From the IMG/VR virus record IMGVR_UViG_3300020473_000011, positions 1-64,000 of that record: DNA of 64,000 nucleotides; one strand, given 5' to 3'. Positions within the stretch are counted from its first letter, which is position 1; every line of letters starts with the position of its first letter. The notes under the pieces were generated by a model that made no database searches, was not told the origin of the DNA, and saw only the letters and a list, made by a program, of their open reading frames with translations. Shown in pieces: positions 10,093 to 20,455 of the stretch. Made by a program: the position numbers and the translations under genes.

Positions 10093-10974
10093 CTATTTTC
10101 CGCAGTCAGGGCACTCGTTAAACTTTGGTTGTTTAAGGCGTTGGGCAATGCTTTCTACGTTGCTGATTATAAGGTCTTTCGGAACCTTTGAGAACTTAAT
10201 GCCCATTTTCATTAGTCTAAGCATCGGCTCAGGGTTTACGTGCTCTTCGCAGTAAACGACATGCGCCACGCCCGCATCAATGACAAGCTCAACACACAGC
10301 GTACAAGGGCTTCTCGTCACAAATAAAATTGACCCAACACCCGACTCGTTAGAACGCATTAGCTTTCTAAATAAATTGCGCTCGGCATGGATCACATCAG
10401 GAAGTGATTCACCACTTTCGTCTTCACATTCGTTAGGTGCCTTCGGCTCGGTTCCATTGTACCCGTCGGAAATAATACGATGCAGGTTATTGGGAAGAGC
10501 CTCTACAAGAACAGCGCCTACCTTTAAGTCTTTAGCATAAGACCTGTTAGCTTGTGCATAAGCTTGAGTCATGAACATCACTGTATGGCCATCACTCATT
10601 GGGAATGGGAAGTGGCGCTCATCACTCAGAAGAGCAAGAGAGCTGAGTGGGTCTATCAAGCCGTAACGTACAATAAGGTCTGTGATTTCTTGATGATAGT
10701 CGACAGAGTGGTCGAACGTTAGCTGTTTTTCAGTCTCCGCAGCTTCTTCAAGTGTTGTCTCAAAGATGTTTATGAGCACTTCGTTAAATGCCCCTTTTGC
10801 ATCATTTGCAATGAGGATGCGCTCGCATGGTGGAAGACCACCAAGTCCTATACCACTCTTCTTTAAGTAAACATCAGCAGCGTAGCCCAAATCTTGTCCA
10901 TACTTGCTAAAGAGCACGGCATAGGCTCGATTAATGTCAAAGACTCGTAGTAGATCGTATTTTATCGTGTTCAT
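10093..10974 (-). CDS. dCMP deaminase family protein with N-terminal extension
   Basis: KVGAV, GYNG, HAERN and SPCTLC zinc-deaminase motifs. Confidence 0.9.
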   Translation of the reverse strand: MNTIKYDLLRVFDINRAYAVLFSKYGQDLGYAADVYLKKSGIGLGGLPPCERILIANDAKGAFNEVLINIFETTLEEAAETEKQLTFDHSVDYHQEITDLIVRYGLIDPLSSLALLSDERHFPFPMSDGHTVMFMTQAYAQANRSYAKDLKVGAVLVEALPNNLHRIISDGYNGTEPKAPNECEDESGESLPDVIHAERNLFRKLMRSNESGVGSILFVTRSPCTLCVELVIDAGVAHVVYCEEHVNPEPMLRLMKMGIKFSKVPKDLIISNVESIAQRLKQPKFNECPDCGK

Positions 10975-10993
10975 TCATTTTCTCATCGTAAAG

Positions 10994-11536
10994 TTATGCA
11001 ATGCACTCACCCGCTAATTGGTCTTCCCTACGAACGGCAAGTATGACCTCACGGGTCATAACCGCATCGGCTAAGGCTCGGTGAGCATCACCTTGGAACT
11101 CGATGCCGTACTGCTCGGCCACGTCGGTGAGCTTAGGCCACTTCGGATTAGGGTCAGTTCGCGTTTTCATGTAGTCATGCAGCCACTTCATAGCACAATC
11201 CCACTGCACGCCTTTTAAGCGTAAACCGTAAGCTTCTGCGGACTGTTTCATCATGCGTTTATCAAAAGTATGGTTGTAGGCAACCGCTGTCGTATCGGTC
11301 AAAATTCGTTGTACAATATGGTGGATGTCACCCCACGTGGGCGCATCTTTTACCATTTCTTCGGAGATACCATGCGTCTCAAGGGCGACCTTACTGATTG
11401 GTACACTAGGCTTAACTAGCGTGTCCAGCAGGACTAGACCTGTTTTTCCGTCAACCATGGAAATCTCGCAGACTTGTGAGTTTTTGTAGACACCCGTAGT
11501 CTCGGTGTCTAGCAAAACAATATTGCTAAGATCCAT
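10994..11536 (-). CDS. DEDDh 3'-5' exonuclease (DnaQ-like)
   Basis: LDTETTG, HGIS, YNHTFD, HRALAD. Confidence 0.92.
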   Translation of the reverse strand: MDLSNIVLLDTETTGVYKNSQVCEISMVDGKTGLVLLDTLVKPSVPISKVALETHGISEEMVKDAPTWGDIHHIVQRILTDTTAVAYNHTFDKRMMKQSAEAYGLRLKGVQWDCAMKWLHDYMKTRTDPNPKWPKLTDVAEQYGIEFQGDAHRALADAVMTREVILAVRREDQLAGECIA

Positions 11537-11758
11537 TGTATTCTCGTCTATCTATTCTCGTATCAATTAGGGCTGCATGGTAGCGTTAATTATGTTTTGC
11601 GTCAATCCAAAGTGCCTGTCGAGCAGTGCCTTTCAAATTCGTTGTACAATAAATTTCAAGGAAGGTATTGACCTTTTTAGTAACATGCGACAGACTATCC
11701 GAAACTAACCGAAATCGCTGCAATGCAGTGGAAAATAAAGAGACTGGATGTAGATAGT

Positions 11759-12196
11759 ATGAGTATAGCAACATTACGTACCTACGTAGCTGAGCACACA
11801 ACGTGCGTTGAGGCTGGTACAGGTACAACACCGATAGAGTTCTTTGACGTTAACTATAAGGGCGATGTTGAAGCGGCTGGCTTGCGTCAGCTTGTCGAGT
11901 CGGCGCGCGAGGGAGAGTTCGGGAGCCGCGTTGACCTTTTTGATGGCAAAGAGCACAGCTATATTGAACTTGGTGGCTGGATTGGAAGCCAAGACCTTGC
12001 CCTACGCCTAATGGCGTTAGGTTGTCACTTAAAAATCTGGAAGTTGCTAACACCTTCAAACGTATTACCAGCAGACACTCCCGATGATGTTAAAGAACAG
12101 CTTAGTCGTATGGGCATGATAACAGTCACGTACCTACCAAACGAGGAACAATCTGACGATGGAGAGATTAATGGAAAGCTCAGCACCGAACATTAG
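11759..12196 (+). CDS. Hypothetical protein
   Basis: ORF with SYIELGGWIGSQDLAL segment; start chosen downstream of the promoter motifs. Confidence 0.65.
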   Translation: MSIATLRTYVAEHTTCVEAGTGTTPIEFFDVNYKGDVEAAGLRQLVESAREGEFGSRVDLFDGKEHSYIELGGWIGSQDLALRLMALGCHLKIWKLLTPSNVLPADTPDDVKEQLSRMGMITVTYLPNEEQSDDGEINGKLSTEH

Positions 12197-12536
12197 GCAC
12201 CTACAGCGATTCCAAAGAGACTGCCGTCTACTATGGATTGGTCGCATTGCAGCGCTAGCCGTACTAGCTTTTAACATCATACTTGCGGTTATGTTGGTTT
12301 ATAAGTACTACGCCCTTGGTGACGCAGGTGCGCTGGCAGGACTTTACCCTACCCTTGCGGGTGGTGGTATCGGAATCTTGCTAGTAACACATAAGTTCTG
12401 GGATGCGGGTTGGTTCTCAGTGAACTTTCTTCGTGCAGCAGGCCGTGACTATGAATCACTAGAAAACAATAACACGCTTCGAGTACGCTACCGCAATTTT
12501 AAGCGTGCACGCAAGGCAGCAGCTGAGCTGCTTTAG
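12159..12536 (+). CDS. Two-TM membrane protein
   Basis: Two hydrophobic stretches. Confidence 0.6.
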   Translation: MERLMESSAPNIRHLQRFQRDCRLLWIGRIAALAVLAFNIILAVMLVYKYYALGDAGALAGLYPTLAGGGIGILLVTHKFWDAGWFSVNFLRAAGRDYESLENNNTLRVRYRNFKRARKAAAELL

Positions 12537-12538
12537 CG

Positions 12539-12895
12539 ATGGTAATGCGTGAGTGTAACCATTGCGGTCGATGCTGTGCAGCGACGCCCTGTGACCTTGC
12601 CTTGTCCTACGTGGCCAAGGCTGTTGAGGGCGAAGCTTGTCCTGCTCTTGAACGTGAGGGTGAACTCTACTTTTGCGGGCTGTACAGAAAGCCTAGTTTG
12701 TATATTGACACGAGTTGGATTTCCAAATTAGACGACGCCTTGCAGACTAGAGCCTTGCAGAGTTATAGCGCTAAAGTTACCCAGCGCTTTGAGAGTGCCC
12801 TAACAGGAGTGTGCGACTCAGTGTATGGCCAAAGAGAGTACGATGAGCGGATCCCAGTTCATATTATTAATGAGGAAGGCAATAATGAAAAATAA
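12539..12895 (+). CDS. CxxCxxCC cysteine-cluster (YkgJ-like Zn/Fe-S) protein
   Basis: CNHCGRCC..PC, CPAL, CGLY. Confidence 0.7.
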   Translation: MVMRECNHCGRCCAATPCDLALSYVAKAVEGEACPALEREGELYFCGLYRKPSLYIDTSWISKLDDALQTRALQSYSAKVTQRFESALTGVCDSVYGQREYDERIPVHIINEEGNNEK

Positions 12896-13166
12896 TAGCT
12901 TAACAGTATACTGTGATGTACCAAAGGCTGTAACTAGCCAAAAGATGCTTCATGTAACGCGTAAAGGCCAGCACGCGTTTAGAGTTAGCGCAGGCTTTTG
13001 TTTAGTCGAAGGCGATGTACCTGTCGCTTTGCTTTCAGAAAGTGGCTCACATCAGGCCGTAGATAATCAGCGCGGTAACGCTTATGCACATCGCAAGGCG
13101 CTCCGTTACCGTAAAACTAAAAAGCAAAAATTGGCTAATGAAGAAAAAGGGCTTTTAGCCCTTTAA
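12825..13166 (+). CDS. Hypothetical basic protein (start probably near 12885)
   Basis: ORF coupled to the upstream gene. Confidence 0.5.
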   Translation: MAKESTMSGSQFILLMRKAIMKNNSLTVYCDVPKAVTSQKMLHVTRKGQHAFRVSAGFCLVEGDVPVALLSESGSHQAVDNQRGNAYAHRKALRYRKTKKQKLANEEKGLLAL

Positions 13167-13186
13167 AAAAAAACAATCATACACCG

Positions 13187-13492
13187 CTACCAATCATGCT
13201 CAGCGCGCCAATCACAGGTGTCGCACACCTCGTGAGGATTCTCACAGAAACTACAAGGAGGACAGGACGTCGCCATGCAGTAGCAGCGATAACCCTCAGC
13301 CTCGGCCTCATCATAGATAGTACCGTTACAGTCATTCCTATTGCAGGTCTCATCAGCTAAGTACCCAAGAGGCGGCGCTGGTGTTCTAGCTAGTAACAAA
13401 AGCCCAACAGCACCTGCTAGGCACAGTGAAATGAGCACAGCTAAGGCTGCAATAACGAAGATAGTAGTCGGGTCAAAAACCATAAAGGTCAC
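13187..13492 (-). CDS. Membrane-anchored Cys-rich protein
   Basis: N-terminal TM; C-terminal CxC..CPPCSFC..CDTC. Confidence 0.6.
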   Translation of the reverse strand: MTFMVFDPTTIFVIAALAVLISLCLAGAVGLLLLARTPAPPLGYLADETCNRNDCNGTIYDEAEAEGYRCYCMATSCPPCSFCENPHEVCDTCDWRAEHDW

Positions 13493-13549
13493 CTCAAGAA
13501 CCAGTTAAATAAAAAAGGGCGAGCTAGCTCACCCTCGCATCGTAGAGTA

Positions 13550-13972
13550 CTACGCCAAGTCCTCGTCGAACTCGGGCTGGTGCTTCTTTACGGACACCTC
13601 TTCGACGGCTAAAGAAGGGCAGTCTTTCTTACCTGATGGTAGATAGCGCCACCCTGTCACATTGAAGACCTCACCGTCTTTGCTTTTTTCACCGTGGTCA
13701 GTGCCAGTTAGTATATCTTGAAAGCCCTTACCCATCGGGTAGGCATGAACCATAGCGGCGCGTACGCCAAAAGAAGAGTCAACTAGTACGACTTGGCAGT
13801 CTTCTAGGTTACTGCTCTCTTGGCTATGAATACCATGCCACTTATGGTTATCAGATAGGTCTGATAGCACTTCTATAAGATTATCTAGTGACTCGCCTTT
13901 CGAAGGTTTCAGGTCGACCTTATTCTTTTGTTCAGTTACAAACTTTAGTGATGATGTTGCGCGAATTTTCAT
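13550..13972 (-). CDS. Hypothetical protein
   Basis: ORF in the minus-strand operon, followed by a terminator-like hairpin near 13510-13535. Confidence 0.6.
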   Translation of the reverse strand: MKIRATSSLKFVTEQKNKVDLKPSKGESLDNLIEVLSDLSDNHKWHGIHSQESSNLEDCQVVLVDSSFGVRAAMVHAYPMGKGFQDILTGTDHGEKSKDGEVFNVTGWRYLPSGKKDCPSLAVEEVSVKKHQPEFDEDLA

Positions 13973-13991
13973 TGTCTCAATTAGTCTCTTG

Positions 13992-14879
13992 TTAAGTGTT
14001 CTTTATTTTTTTGTCAGCACAGTGCTTACGGCATCGTTGGCGCTGTTCTATCGCGGTGATACCACATAGGGTCGATACCTTTGCTAGCGTATCAATGGCT
14101 GTGCTGTCGCGGTCACCGATGTGCACCCAACCTTCATTAGTTAGCGTGTATTCGGCGTACGACTCTGAATCTGGCACCGCTACGAGCAATGTACGAGTAG
14201 CAGCTGACGGAGCGCCCTGCTCTTTTTCCAGATCATTGTAAAATGGACTTAGGTAACAGTTACTCACGTTGGTAAGTGCCCATGTGATCGGGTATTTACT
14301 ATCACACTTTGGACTTACTTTTAACTGTGCACTTAGGTCACTAAGGTTGGTCACGCTTTCGAGGATCGCAAGCATACTTACGCCGTACGCATGCCCGAGC
14401 TGAAAGGCTTCATCGAGTGTAATGTCGGTACTACGCTTAATCTCAAGGCTATTTAGACGCGCTTGCGTCAATCCTGTCGTAGAAGCAGCTTTGTACACAG
14501 TCATACACGCATTCTTTCTAAGAGCGATAAGGCGGTCACCTAGATTGTCGATCAACTGTAGCTTTACTGCCGAAAGCATACGCAGGAGCACGTCAACTGA
14601 CTTGTGGTTGTCGAAAAGCATCACGACCCTAGGAGCGTCGTCACAGCCTTCGATTTCTGCCCCTGTCGTTGTGTCACCTACACTAACAGTCCCATTGTTC
14701 TCACGAAACAAGATACCCTTCGCAGGATGGTCGCGAGCCTCGATCAAACCGAGTGTAATATTCCCGCTACCAAAGTGCATCGAGGTTAGGATTGAATGGC
14801 CATCAGGGTGTAACCCAAGCCCATATTCGAAGTTTCCATTGTAATTAAAGCCGTCAGTTTCTTTGTTGTTAGTTTCCAT
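13992..14879 (-). CDS. Protein with an internal XRE-type HTH
   Basis: LGDRLIALRK...GLTQARLNSLE...ITLDEAFQLGHAYGVS. Confidence 0.7.
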   Translation of the reverse strand: METNNKETDGFNYNGNFEYGLGLHPDGHSILTSMHFGSGNITLGLIEARDHPAKGILFRENNGTVSVGDTTTGAEIEGCDDAPRVVMLFDNHKSVDVLLRMLSAVKLQLIDNLGDRLIALRKNACMTVYKAASTTGLTQARLNSLEIKRSTDITLDEAFQLGHAYGVSMLAILESVTNLSDLSAQLKVSPKCDSKYPITWALTNVSNCYLSPFYNDLEKEQGAPSAATRTLLVAVPDSESYAEYTLTNEGWVHIGDRDSTAIDTLAKVSTLCGITAIEQRQRCRKHCADKKIKNT

Positions 14880-15252
14880 TGTACAAGTCTCTATTTATTT
14901 GTGATTCTAGACCCCATGACACGCTGTTAGTTAATGCGGACAGGTGTACCGCTACAGCTTGGCCATTCGGTAGCATATTGTGGGTGTCAAGCATAACGCG
15001 ACGCTTTAGGTCTTCCGTTATGTAAGGCAGTCCATGTAGGCGCTCAACTACTGCCTGATAGCTAACAGGCAGCACCAAGCAGTAACCTTCGTCAAAGTCT
15101 TCCCCTAACTTGGTGAATAAAGCTCGTACGGCTTCCTCAGCGACCTTCCGCTGTTTGGACAAATCTGGAACTAAGCTATATAGCTCGTCAAGGATTTCCG
15201 TAGCAGTTTTTGCAGGTGTATTGCATGTACTGTTTGTGGCTTTATTTAACAT
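14869..15252 (-). CDS. Hypothetical protein
   Basis: Start at MLNK overlapping the upstream stop; the track's longer start overlaps the HAD gene. Confidence 0.55.
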   Translation of the reverse strand: MLNKATNSTCNTPAKTATEILDELYSLVPDLSKQRKVAEEAVRALFTKLGEDFDEGYCLVLPVSYQAVVERLHGLPYITEDLKRRVMLDTHNMLPNGQAVAVHLSALTNSVSWGLESQINRDLYNGN

Positions 15253-16000
15253 TGGCGGCGACCCCTTTAGGCTGAAAAGCTGGACGAAGGTCACCATTGA
15301 GTAAGCCGAAGATGTGTAACACCTCTTCAAAGTTACGGCGGTTAAACCCAGTTGCTGAGTCAACGTGAACGAAGTTACCCATCTGAGACTCAAGCATGTC
15401 GCAGCAATCGTCGATGATGGCATACTGTTCGATCTGGTCACCATAGAGGTCTAGCCAATCTTGGATATGCTGTCCCCTTATACCTCGACTAGTGTCAGGC
15501 GTCTTCCACGCAATGTTGGGGTCACCTTCGTTTGCGTTACGGTCTCTAAATAGGATGTTACTACCAAGGCCACACGTTTGAAGGATCCGTCGCATGGTCA
15601 AGTAGCTATTACCCAACCGCCATACACTGCTAATCACAAAGCAGATATTGCCACGATTGGTGAGTTCGCGAAGCAAACCGATGGCTGTAGGCTCAACATA
15701 GTGTGCGCCACCATGGGCAATCTCGCTTTCCTGCGTACAGACGACGTCATCCATATCCAAGAAAACAACAAGCTTTCTGTCGTGATAGTTGCTTACTATG
15801 TTATCAAGCTGGTCGAGAACCTGTTGCGCAAGACCCTTTAAATACTCAGGGTCATTCGAAAGATTCATGGCGGCATGACCATCAAGCGTTTGGCCGTCTT
15901 CTAGCTGACGTTCTAGCTCTTGTATCGGGTTAGTGATAGCTTCAAGCCCATCTTTGGCCTTATGGTAAAGCTGGCGTAGTACGTGGTTGCTGCGGATCAT
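15242..16000 (-). CDS. HAD domain protein (Swiss-army-knife RNA-repair-like HAD family)
   Basis: VFLDMDDVV, VISSVWR, RGQHIQDWL, YAIIDD. Confidence 0.8.
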   Translation of the reverse strand: MIRSNHVLRQLYHKAKDGLEAITNPIQELERQLEDGQTLDGHAAMNLSNDPEYLKGLAQQVLDQLDNIVSNYHDRKLVVFLDMDDVVCTQESEIAHGGAHYVEPTAIGLLRELTNRGNICFVISSVWRLGNSYLTMRRILQTCGLGSNILFRDRNANEGDPNIAWKTPDTSRGIRGQHIQDWLDLYGDQIEQYAIIDDCCDMLESQMGNFVHVDSATGFNRRNFEEVLHIFGLLNGDLRPAFQPKGVAANVK

Positions 16001-17013
16001 GCGCCGTGCCCCTGCGTAAAAATACGTTTCTTTGGTTTAACGCGAACTTCCACGGTTTTTGTCGGCTTGATTGGGGCTTCACTATTGTCAAGGTTCCTTG
16101 GTCGGAAGCTATCACGCGTATTAGGCGCGAGTCGGCGTCTAGCACCCGCTTTGTTCCCATTATTTTTATTGGTCTTCTTAACAGGATTATTTTTATTAGT
16201 AGCGGGTGCCTTGGCCTTCCCCTCTTCAAGACTGAATAGCGTATGACTACGACTGACTAGTTGGATTCTTCTAGGCTTCTTTTTCCCAGCTGTGACGTGC
16301 CCATCGTTACGCTTTTTGAACGCATTGAAAAGCTCGTCAGGTATGTACGGCGCACCGTACACAGACGGGTGCAGTTCACCCGTACGCTTATTACGAAGGA
16401 TAAGAGCTTTGATAGCTTGCTCATCCTTTGAGAACTTGACGCACAGGTCTACAAATTTGACTTTAAGTTTAGCGCTGATGAGGTCTTCACGTGTAAAGTC
16501 ACCATGGATAAGGCCAAGTACTGTTTCACGTAGTGCCCATTCATGGTAAGACCATGACTGTTTAGCGTCTTTTCGACGAACTAAGCCTGATAGCTGCATT
16601 AAATTATAGATAAAATCTCTACGACTAAGCTTACCTTGTGGCTTTCCGCAGATACCAACACGGTCAGCGTTGACGCCAGCAAGCATACAATTAACGCGGT
16701 AATTTACCGAACGTGCTTCGAAGTGGAGCGTCTGAGCAACAAGCTCTTGCGGGTAGCCTTTCGCAGTGTATATATCAATTAGCTCTTCTCGAATACCAAC
16801 TGCCCACGGGCGGCTGTCCCTACCGAAAAGAAGAGGGAATTGCTCGGTAAGCTCTTTGTTCAGCTGGTCTTGCGCTGCGGTGTAGGCTTCTTTACTTTCA
16901 TACAGAGGTACCATGTCTGGTGATTCATTAGAATAGACATGATCGGGGTAGAATGGCGTTTTTATGTGGTTCAAGGTTTTGTCCTCGCTTTGTTCAATAA
17001 AAGTGACGGGCAT
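15997..17013 (-). CDS. ProQ/FinO-family RNA chaperone
   Basis: FPLLF...PWAVGIREEL...NYR...RVGICGKPQG; basic C-terminal tail. Confidence 0.75.
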   Translation of the reverse strand: MPVTFIEQSEDKTLNHIKTPFYPDHVYSNESPDMVPLYESKEAYTAAQDQLNKELTEQFPLLFGRDSRPWAVGIREELIDIYTAKGYPQELVAQTLHFEARSVNYRVNCMLAGVNADRVGICGKPQGKLSRRDFIYNLMQLSGLVRRKDAKQSWSYHEWALRETVLGLIHGDFTREDLISAKLKVKFVDLCVKFSKDEQAIKALILRNKRTGELHPSVYGAPYIPDELFNAFKKRNDGHVTAGKKKPRRIQLVSRSHTLFSLEEGKAKAPATNKNNPVKKTNKNNGNKAGARRRLAPNTRDSFRPRNLDNSEAPIKPTKTVEVRVKPKKRIFTQGHGA

Positions 17014-17040
17014 AACCCGTCACAGTGTAACGCTTAGCTA

Positions 17041-17925
17041 TTAAGCGTCAGTGCCATCTACGCCATCTTCACTAAGTAACGAATCAGTACTTTCATCTGT
17101 TCCATCAACACCAGACATGGCCTTTTGTTTTAAAAGCTCATCAGTGCTGCCGAAACCGCCGTCACCACGAACTGTCTCGTCAAGCTCATCGACAACAACA
17201 GGGTCTTTCGTGATGATAAGTGGACGAAGGACTAGCTGTGCAATAGCGTTGCCTAGTAGCATTTCTGGGTTGAACGTCTTTAGGTCTACCCCTACTTTAG
17301 GTGTTACTGCGATTAACAGGTCACCACGATAGGTCTCGTCGATATAACCACAAGCGTTAGCGACCATTAACTCAGTCTTCGAGATTGAGCTGCGGCCAGC
17401 CAAGTCATAGTAGAATCCCACAGGTGGCTTAATAGCAACACCCGTGCCTAACAACCACGTATCATTACGTAATTGCTTATACACGCTAATTGGCGTTAGG
17501 TTTAAACCAACATCCGTTGGGTGTGCACGTGCAGGTACAACAGCATCAGGGTGAAGTAGCTTAACTTTAGGTGCGTCGCCAACCATAAAACAAGGCCAAG
17601 CTTCTGTTGGTAGCGATATAGTACCAGCTGGCATTGTGTTAGGGTCAAGCTCAGCCTGTTCAGCTTGAGCTAGGTGAGCTTCATTAGCCATCTTGATTGA
17701 ATCAATAATGCCGTCAAGCGTGATGCTCTTATCGTTCTGGAAGCGCTCGGTGTCGCGTTGGATAGACTCAAGCATGCCTTGAGTTAGTGCGATTGCTAGT
17801 TCAGGTGTAGCGATGTCTACAGAAAGGATTGCGTCTACAACGCTGTCTAATGTTAGGTCATTAGGCCAAACCACATCTTTTAGGATGTCGGCAAGTGGTG
17901 TGCGAAGTTCATTAGGTAGAGCCAT
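17041..17925 (-). CDS. dut: dUTPase (trimeric type) with N-terminal extension
   Basis: GRSSIS, GYIDETYRGDL, IAQLV, TVRGDGGFGST. Confidence 0.93.
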   Translation of the reverse strand: MALPNELRTPLADILKDVVWPNDLTLDSVVDAILSVDIATPELAIALTQGMLESIQRDTERFQNDKSITLDGIIDSIKMANEAHLAQAEQAELDPNTMPAGTISLPTEAWPCFMVGDAPKVKLLHPDAVVPARAHPTDVGLNLTPISVYKQLRNDTWLLGTGVAIKPPVGFYYDLAGRSSISKTELMVANACGYIDETYRGDLLIAVTPKVGVDLKTFNPEMLLGNAIAQLVLRPLIITKDPVVVDELDETVRGDGGFGSTDELLKQKAMSGVDGTDESTDSLLSEDGVDGTDA

Positions 17926-18290
17926 GAGTATTCTCTCTATTTCATAAGTATCAATTTGGTGGCAGCAGTACTACCGCGTATTATCTTTAGTATCAATTGC
18001 AGCGGTCTAACCGCTGGCAGGCTTCTTCGCGCTATCGAGTGTGACAGCTCAAGCGACTGCGGGGCAGGATATTACGGTCACATGTAACTTATGTAAACCC
18101 TAAAATTGTAATTTTATTGAAAAAACCGCACGTACGCATAAATTGTGTACAACATTGTACAATGCTTGTACCATCTGACTTCACAGCGGATTCGTGATAG
18201 TCTTTCACTTTATGATTGTTGTACAAAACGAAACGCGCAACAAATATTTAACGACCTAATCAGCTGCAATGCAGTATATTAGGTATAGTT

Positions 18291-19004
18291 TTGAGTATAA
18301 GAAGGTATGCAATGAGAAATTCCAAGACTCAAGTCCATGAGGCCATGGCACTAGTCGAAACTAATAACATAGAGGCCATATTTGACACTAAAACGTCGAC
18401 TCTCTCAGTAAAGTCACCATACAGCCATGACCTTGTTAATGCGCTTGTTGAGTCTGGTTTAGGCTACTACGACGAGAAAGGCCAATCTTGGGTCTTCGCT
18501 TTAGAACAAATGGAAAGCGTTGTACAAACCTATAACGAGCACTATCCAGACCTTGATATGCCCTCGGCATTATTAAAAGGGGCACTAACAGAGGCCGACG
18601 CGACTGAGGTCGATGCTGAGTCTCAAGTGGCCATTGCGGAGATTGAGGGTATGGGCGACAAAGCTGCCTCTGTCTTTGCGCTCGCAGAGTCCTACGCACT
18701 AGCTGTAGGTCGCATTGTCCCAACGTTGGATCTTAATCTTGTTGCCGCTGTAGCACGCGATTTTGGCATCTACCCTATCGGGTGGGAAGACGATGTAACG
18801 AAGCTTAATTCTCTACTTTCAGTTGAGCGCTATACTAAAGACATGGCACAGGAAGATAAAAATAAGGTATTAGCCCTACAACGTTTCCTGAACGCCTTAG
18901 AAGAGGGTAAGTTCCGTGGTGTCTATTCCCGTGATGTACTTAACCACTTGGTCAAGCCTGCGGGTCTTGCTGTAACTAAGAACCTATACAACCCAAATTA
19001 CTAG
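18291..19004 (+). CDS. Hypothetical protein
   Basis: 237-aa ORF; start probably ATG 18312. Confidence 0.65.
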   Translation: MSIRRYAMRNSKTQVHEAMALVETNNIEAIFDTKTSTLSVKSPYSHDLVNALVESGLGYYDEKGQSWVFALEQMESVVQTYNEHYPDLDMPSALLKGALTEADATEVDAESQVAIAEIEGMGDKAASVFALAESYALAVGRIVPTLDLNLVAAVARDFGIYPIGWEDDVTKLNSLLSVERYTKDMAQEDKNKVLALQRFLNALEEGKFRGVYSRDVLNHLVKPAGLAVTKNLYNPNY

Positions 19005-19216
19005 AGACCTTAAAATTTTTGGAGTTATCCACCTTTCTTAGCGCAGGGTGCCCACACCGAGATTAGGTGTGGGTTGAATGCGCAAAATAATTGAAAATTA
19101 TTTTCCTAGGACTGACGCTAAGTCAATGGTGCGTAGGCATTTTCAACGAAAATAAGCCATTGCTTTGTACAATCTTTGTTGGTAAATTGAACTTAATCTA
19201 ACTAGGAATTACTCTT

Positions 19217-20455
19217 GTGAAAATACTTAAAGCGTTTCGTTACTTATTGGCTCCGACCGACGCCCAAGAAATCTTGTTTTACAAGATGGCGGGCTGTGGT
19301 CGTGTAGTTTATAACGACACGCTTGATTATTTGCTTAACATCATAAAGAAAGACCTAGGTATCACCGACCGAAAGGCATTGTACAAACATCTAAACAGCT
19401 TGGATTACAAAGCGCGTAAAGCGCTGTTTAGTAAGTTACCGCATCATTCGGCCATGAACAAACTGGTTACCGCTTGGAAAAAACTAGAACATCGCGAATG
19501 GCTCTCAGAAGCCTATCGCGATAATTTAGACCAACGCCAACGTGATTTACATAAAGCACTAGAGAAATGGTTGAAAGGCGCAGGGAGCTTCCCGCGCTTT
19601 AGGCAGCGCTCTACAGCCCATCACTCAACAATGCGCTTTGTGAACTTTAACAAATACTGCGCATTGCACGACAGTCGCGTCAAGTTGCCGAATAAGCTTG
19701 GCTTAGTTAAGTTCCGTAACTCACAACCAATCGAAGGCACACCGAAGAGTTGTACCGTTTCGCTTAACGCGTGTGGTCAATGGCACATTTCAATTCTTTG
19801 TGAACTCGAAGTATCTAAACCAATGCCTACGGCTGAGACAGCCGTAGGCATTGATATGGGTATTGCTAAAAACATGACCCTAAGTGACGGCACTGTTTAC
19901 AGTGGCGTCCACAGCTTCAAAGGTATTATGGGCAAGCTGGCCAAGTCGCAACGGAAGTTCGCCCGCCAAGAAAAAGGCTCAAACAACTGGAAGAAGCAAA
20001 AGTTAAAGATAGCTAAGCTTCACCAGAAAGCTGCGAACGCACGCAGAGACTTTCAACAAAAAGCCACGACCGAGATCAGCAAAAACCACGCAATGATAGT
20101 CGTTGAGGATTTGAAAGTTTCTAATATGTCACGCAGTGCAAAAGGTGACGCTGAAAACCACGGTAAAAACGTGAGGCAAAAGGCAGGACTAAACCGCTCT
20201 ATACTCGATCAGGGTTGGGGTGAAATTCGCCGACAGCTTGAATACAAGTCTGAATGGCTTGGCAACGTGTTTCATGCGGTACCACCGCACCACACGAGCC
20301 AGACGTGCCCTGCTTGTCGTCACAAAGCCAAAGAGAACCGATTGACACAAGCTGAGTTCATTTGTGTTGAGTGTGGTTTCAGCGAGAATGCCGACGTCGT
20401 CGGCGCTATCAACGTCTTACATCGCGGCATGGCCTTAGAGGCCAGCGCGAATTAG
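19217..20455 (+). CDS. tnpB: RNA-guided endonuclease TnpB (IS200/IS605 family)
   Basis: N-terminal HTH (KAFRYLLAPT), RuvC GIDMG / VVEDL / NADVVGAINV, zinc ribbon CPAC..CVEC. Confidence 0.95.
   Translation: MKILKAFRYLLAPTDAQEILFYKMAGCGRVVYNDTLDYLLNIIKKDLGITDRKALYKHLNSLDYKARKALFSKLPHHSAMNKLVTAWKKLEHREWLSEAYRDNLDQRQRDLHKALEKWLKGAGSFPRFRQRSTAHHSTMRFVNFNKYCALHDSRVKLPNKLGLVKFRNSQPIEGTPKSCTVSLNACGQWHISILCELEVSKPMPTAETAVGIDMGIAKNMTLSDGTVYSGVHSFKGIMGKLAKSQRKFARQEKGSNNWKKQKLKIAKLHQKAANARRDFQQKATTEISKNHAMIVVEDLKVSNMSRSAKGDAENHGKNVRQKAGLNRSILDQGWGEIRRQLEYKSEWLGNVFHAVPPHHTSQTCPACRHKAKENRLTQAEFICVECGFSENADVVGAINVLHRGMALEASAN

Noticed and set aside
11586-11831. Short antisense or overlapping track ORFs (also 573-1013, 14422-14844, 44083-44364, 58110-58295, 61705-61932, 62410-62595 and similar)
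   Set aside because: They overlap better-supported genes or run through promoter modules and have no recognisable motifs.
19025-19036. Local target of the TnpB guide, or a DnaA box (TTATCCACC)
   Set aside because: Only an 8-nt match (GGTGGATA) to the guide and a single imperfect DnaA box; compatible with chance.
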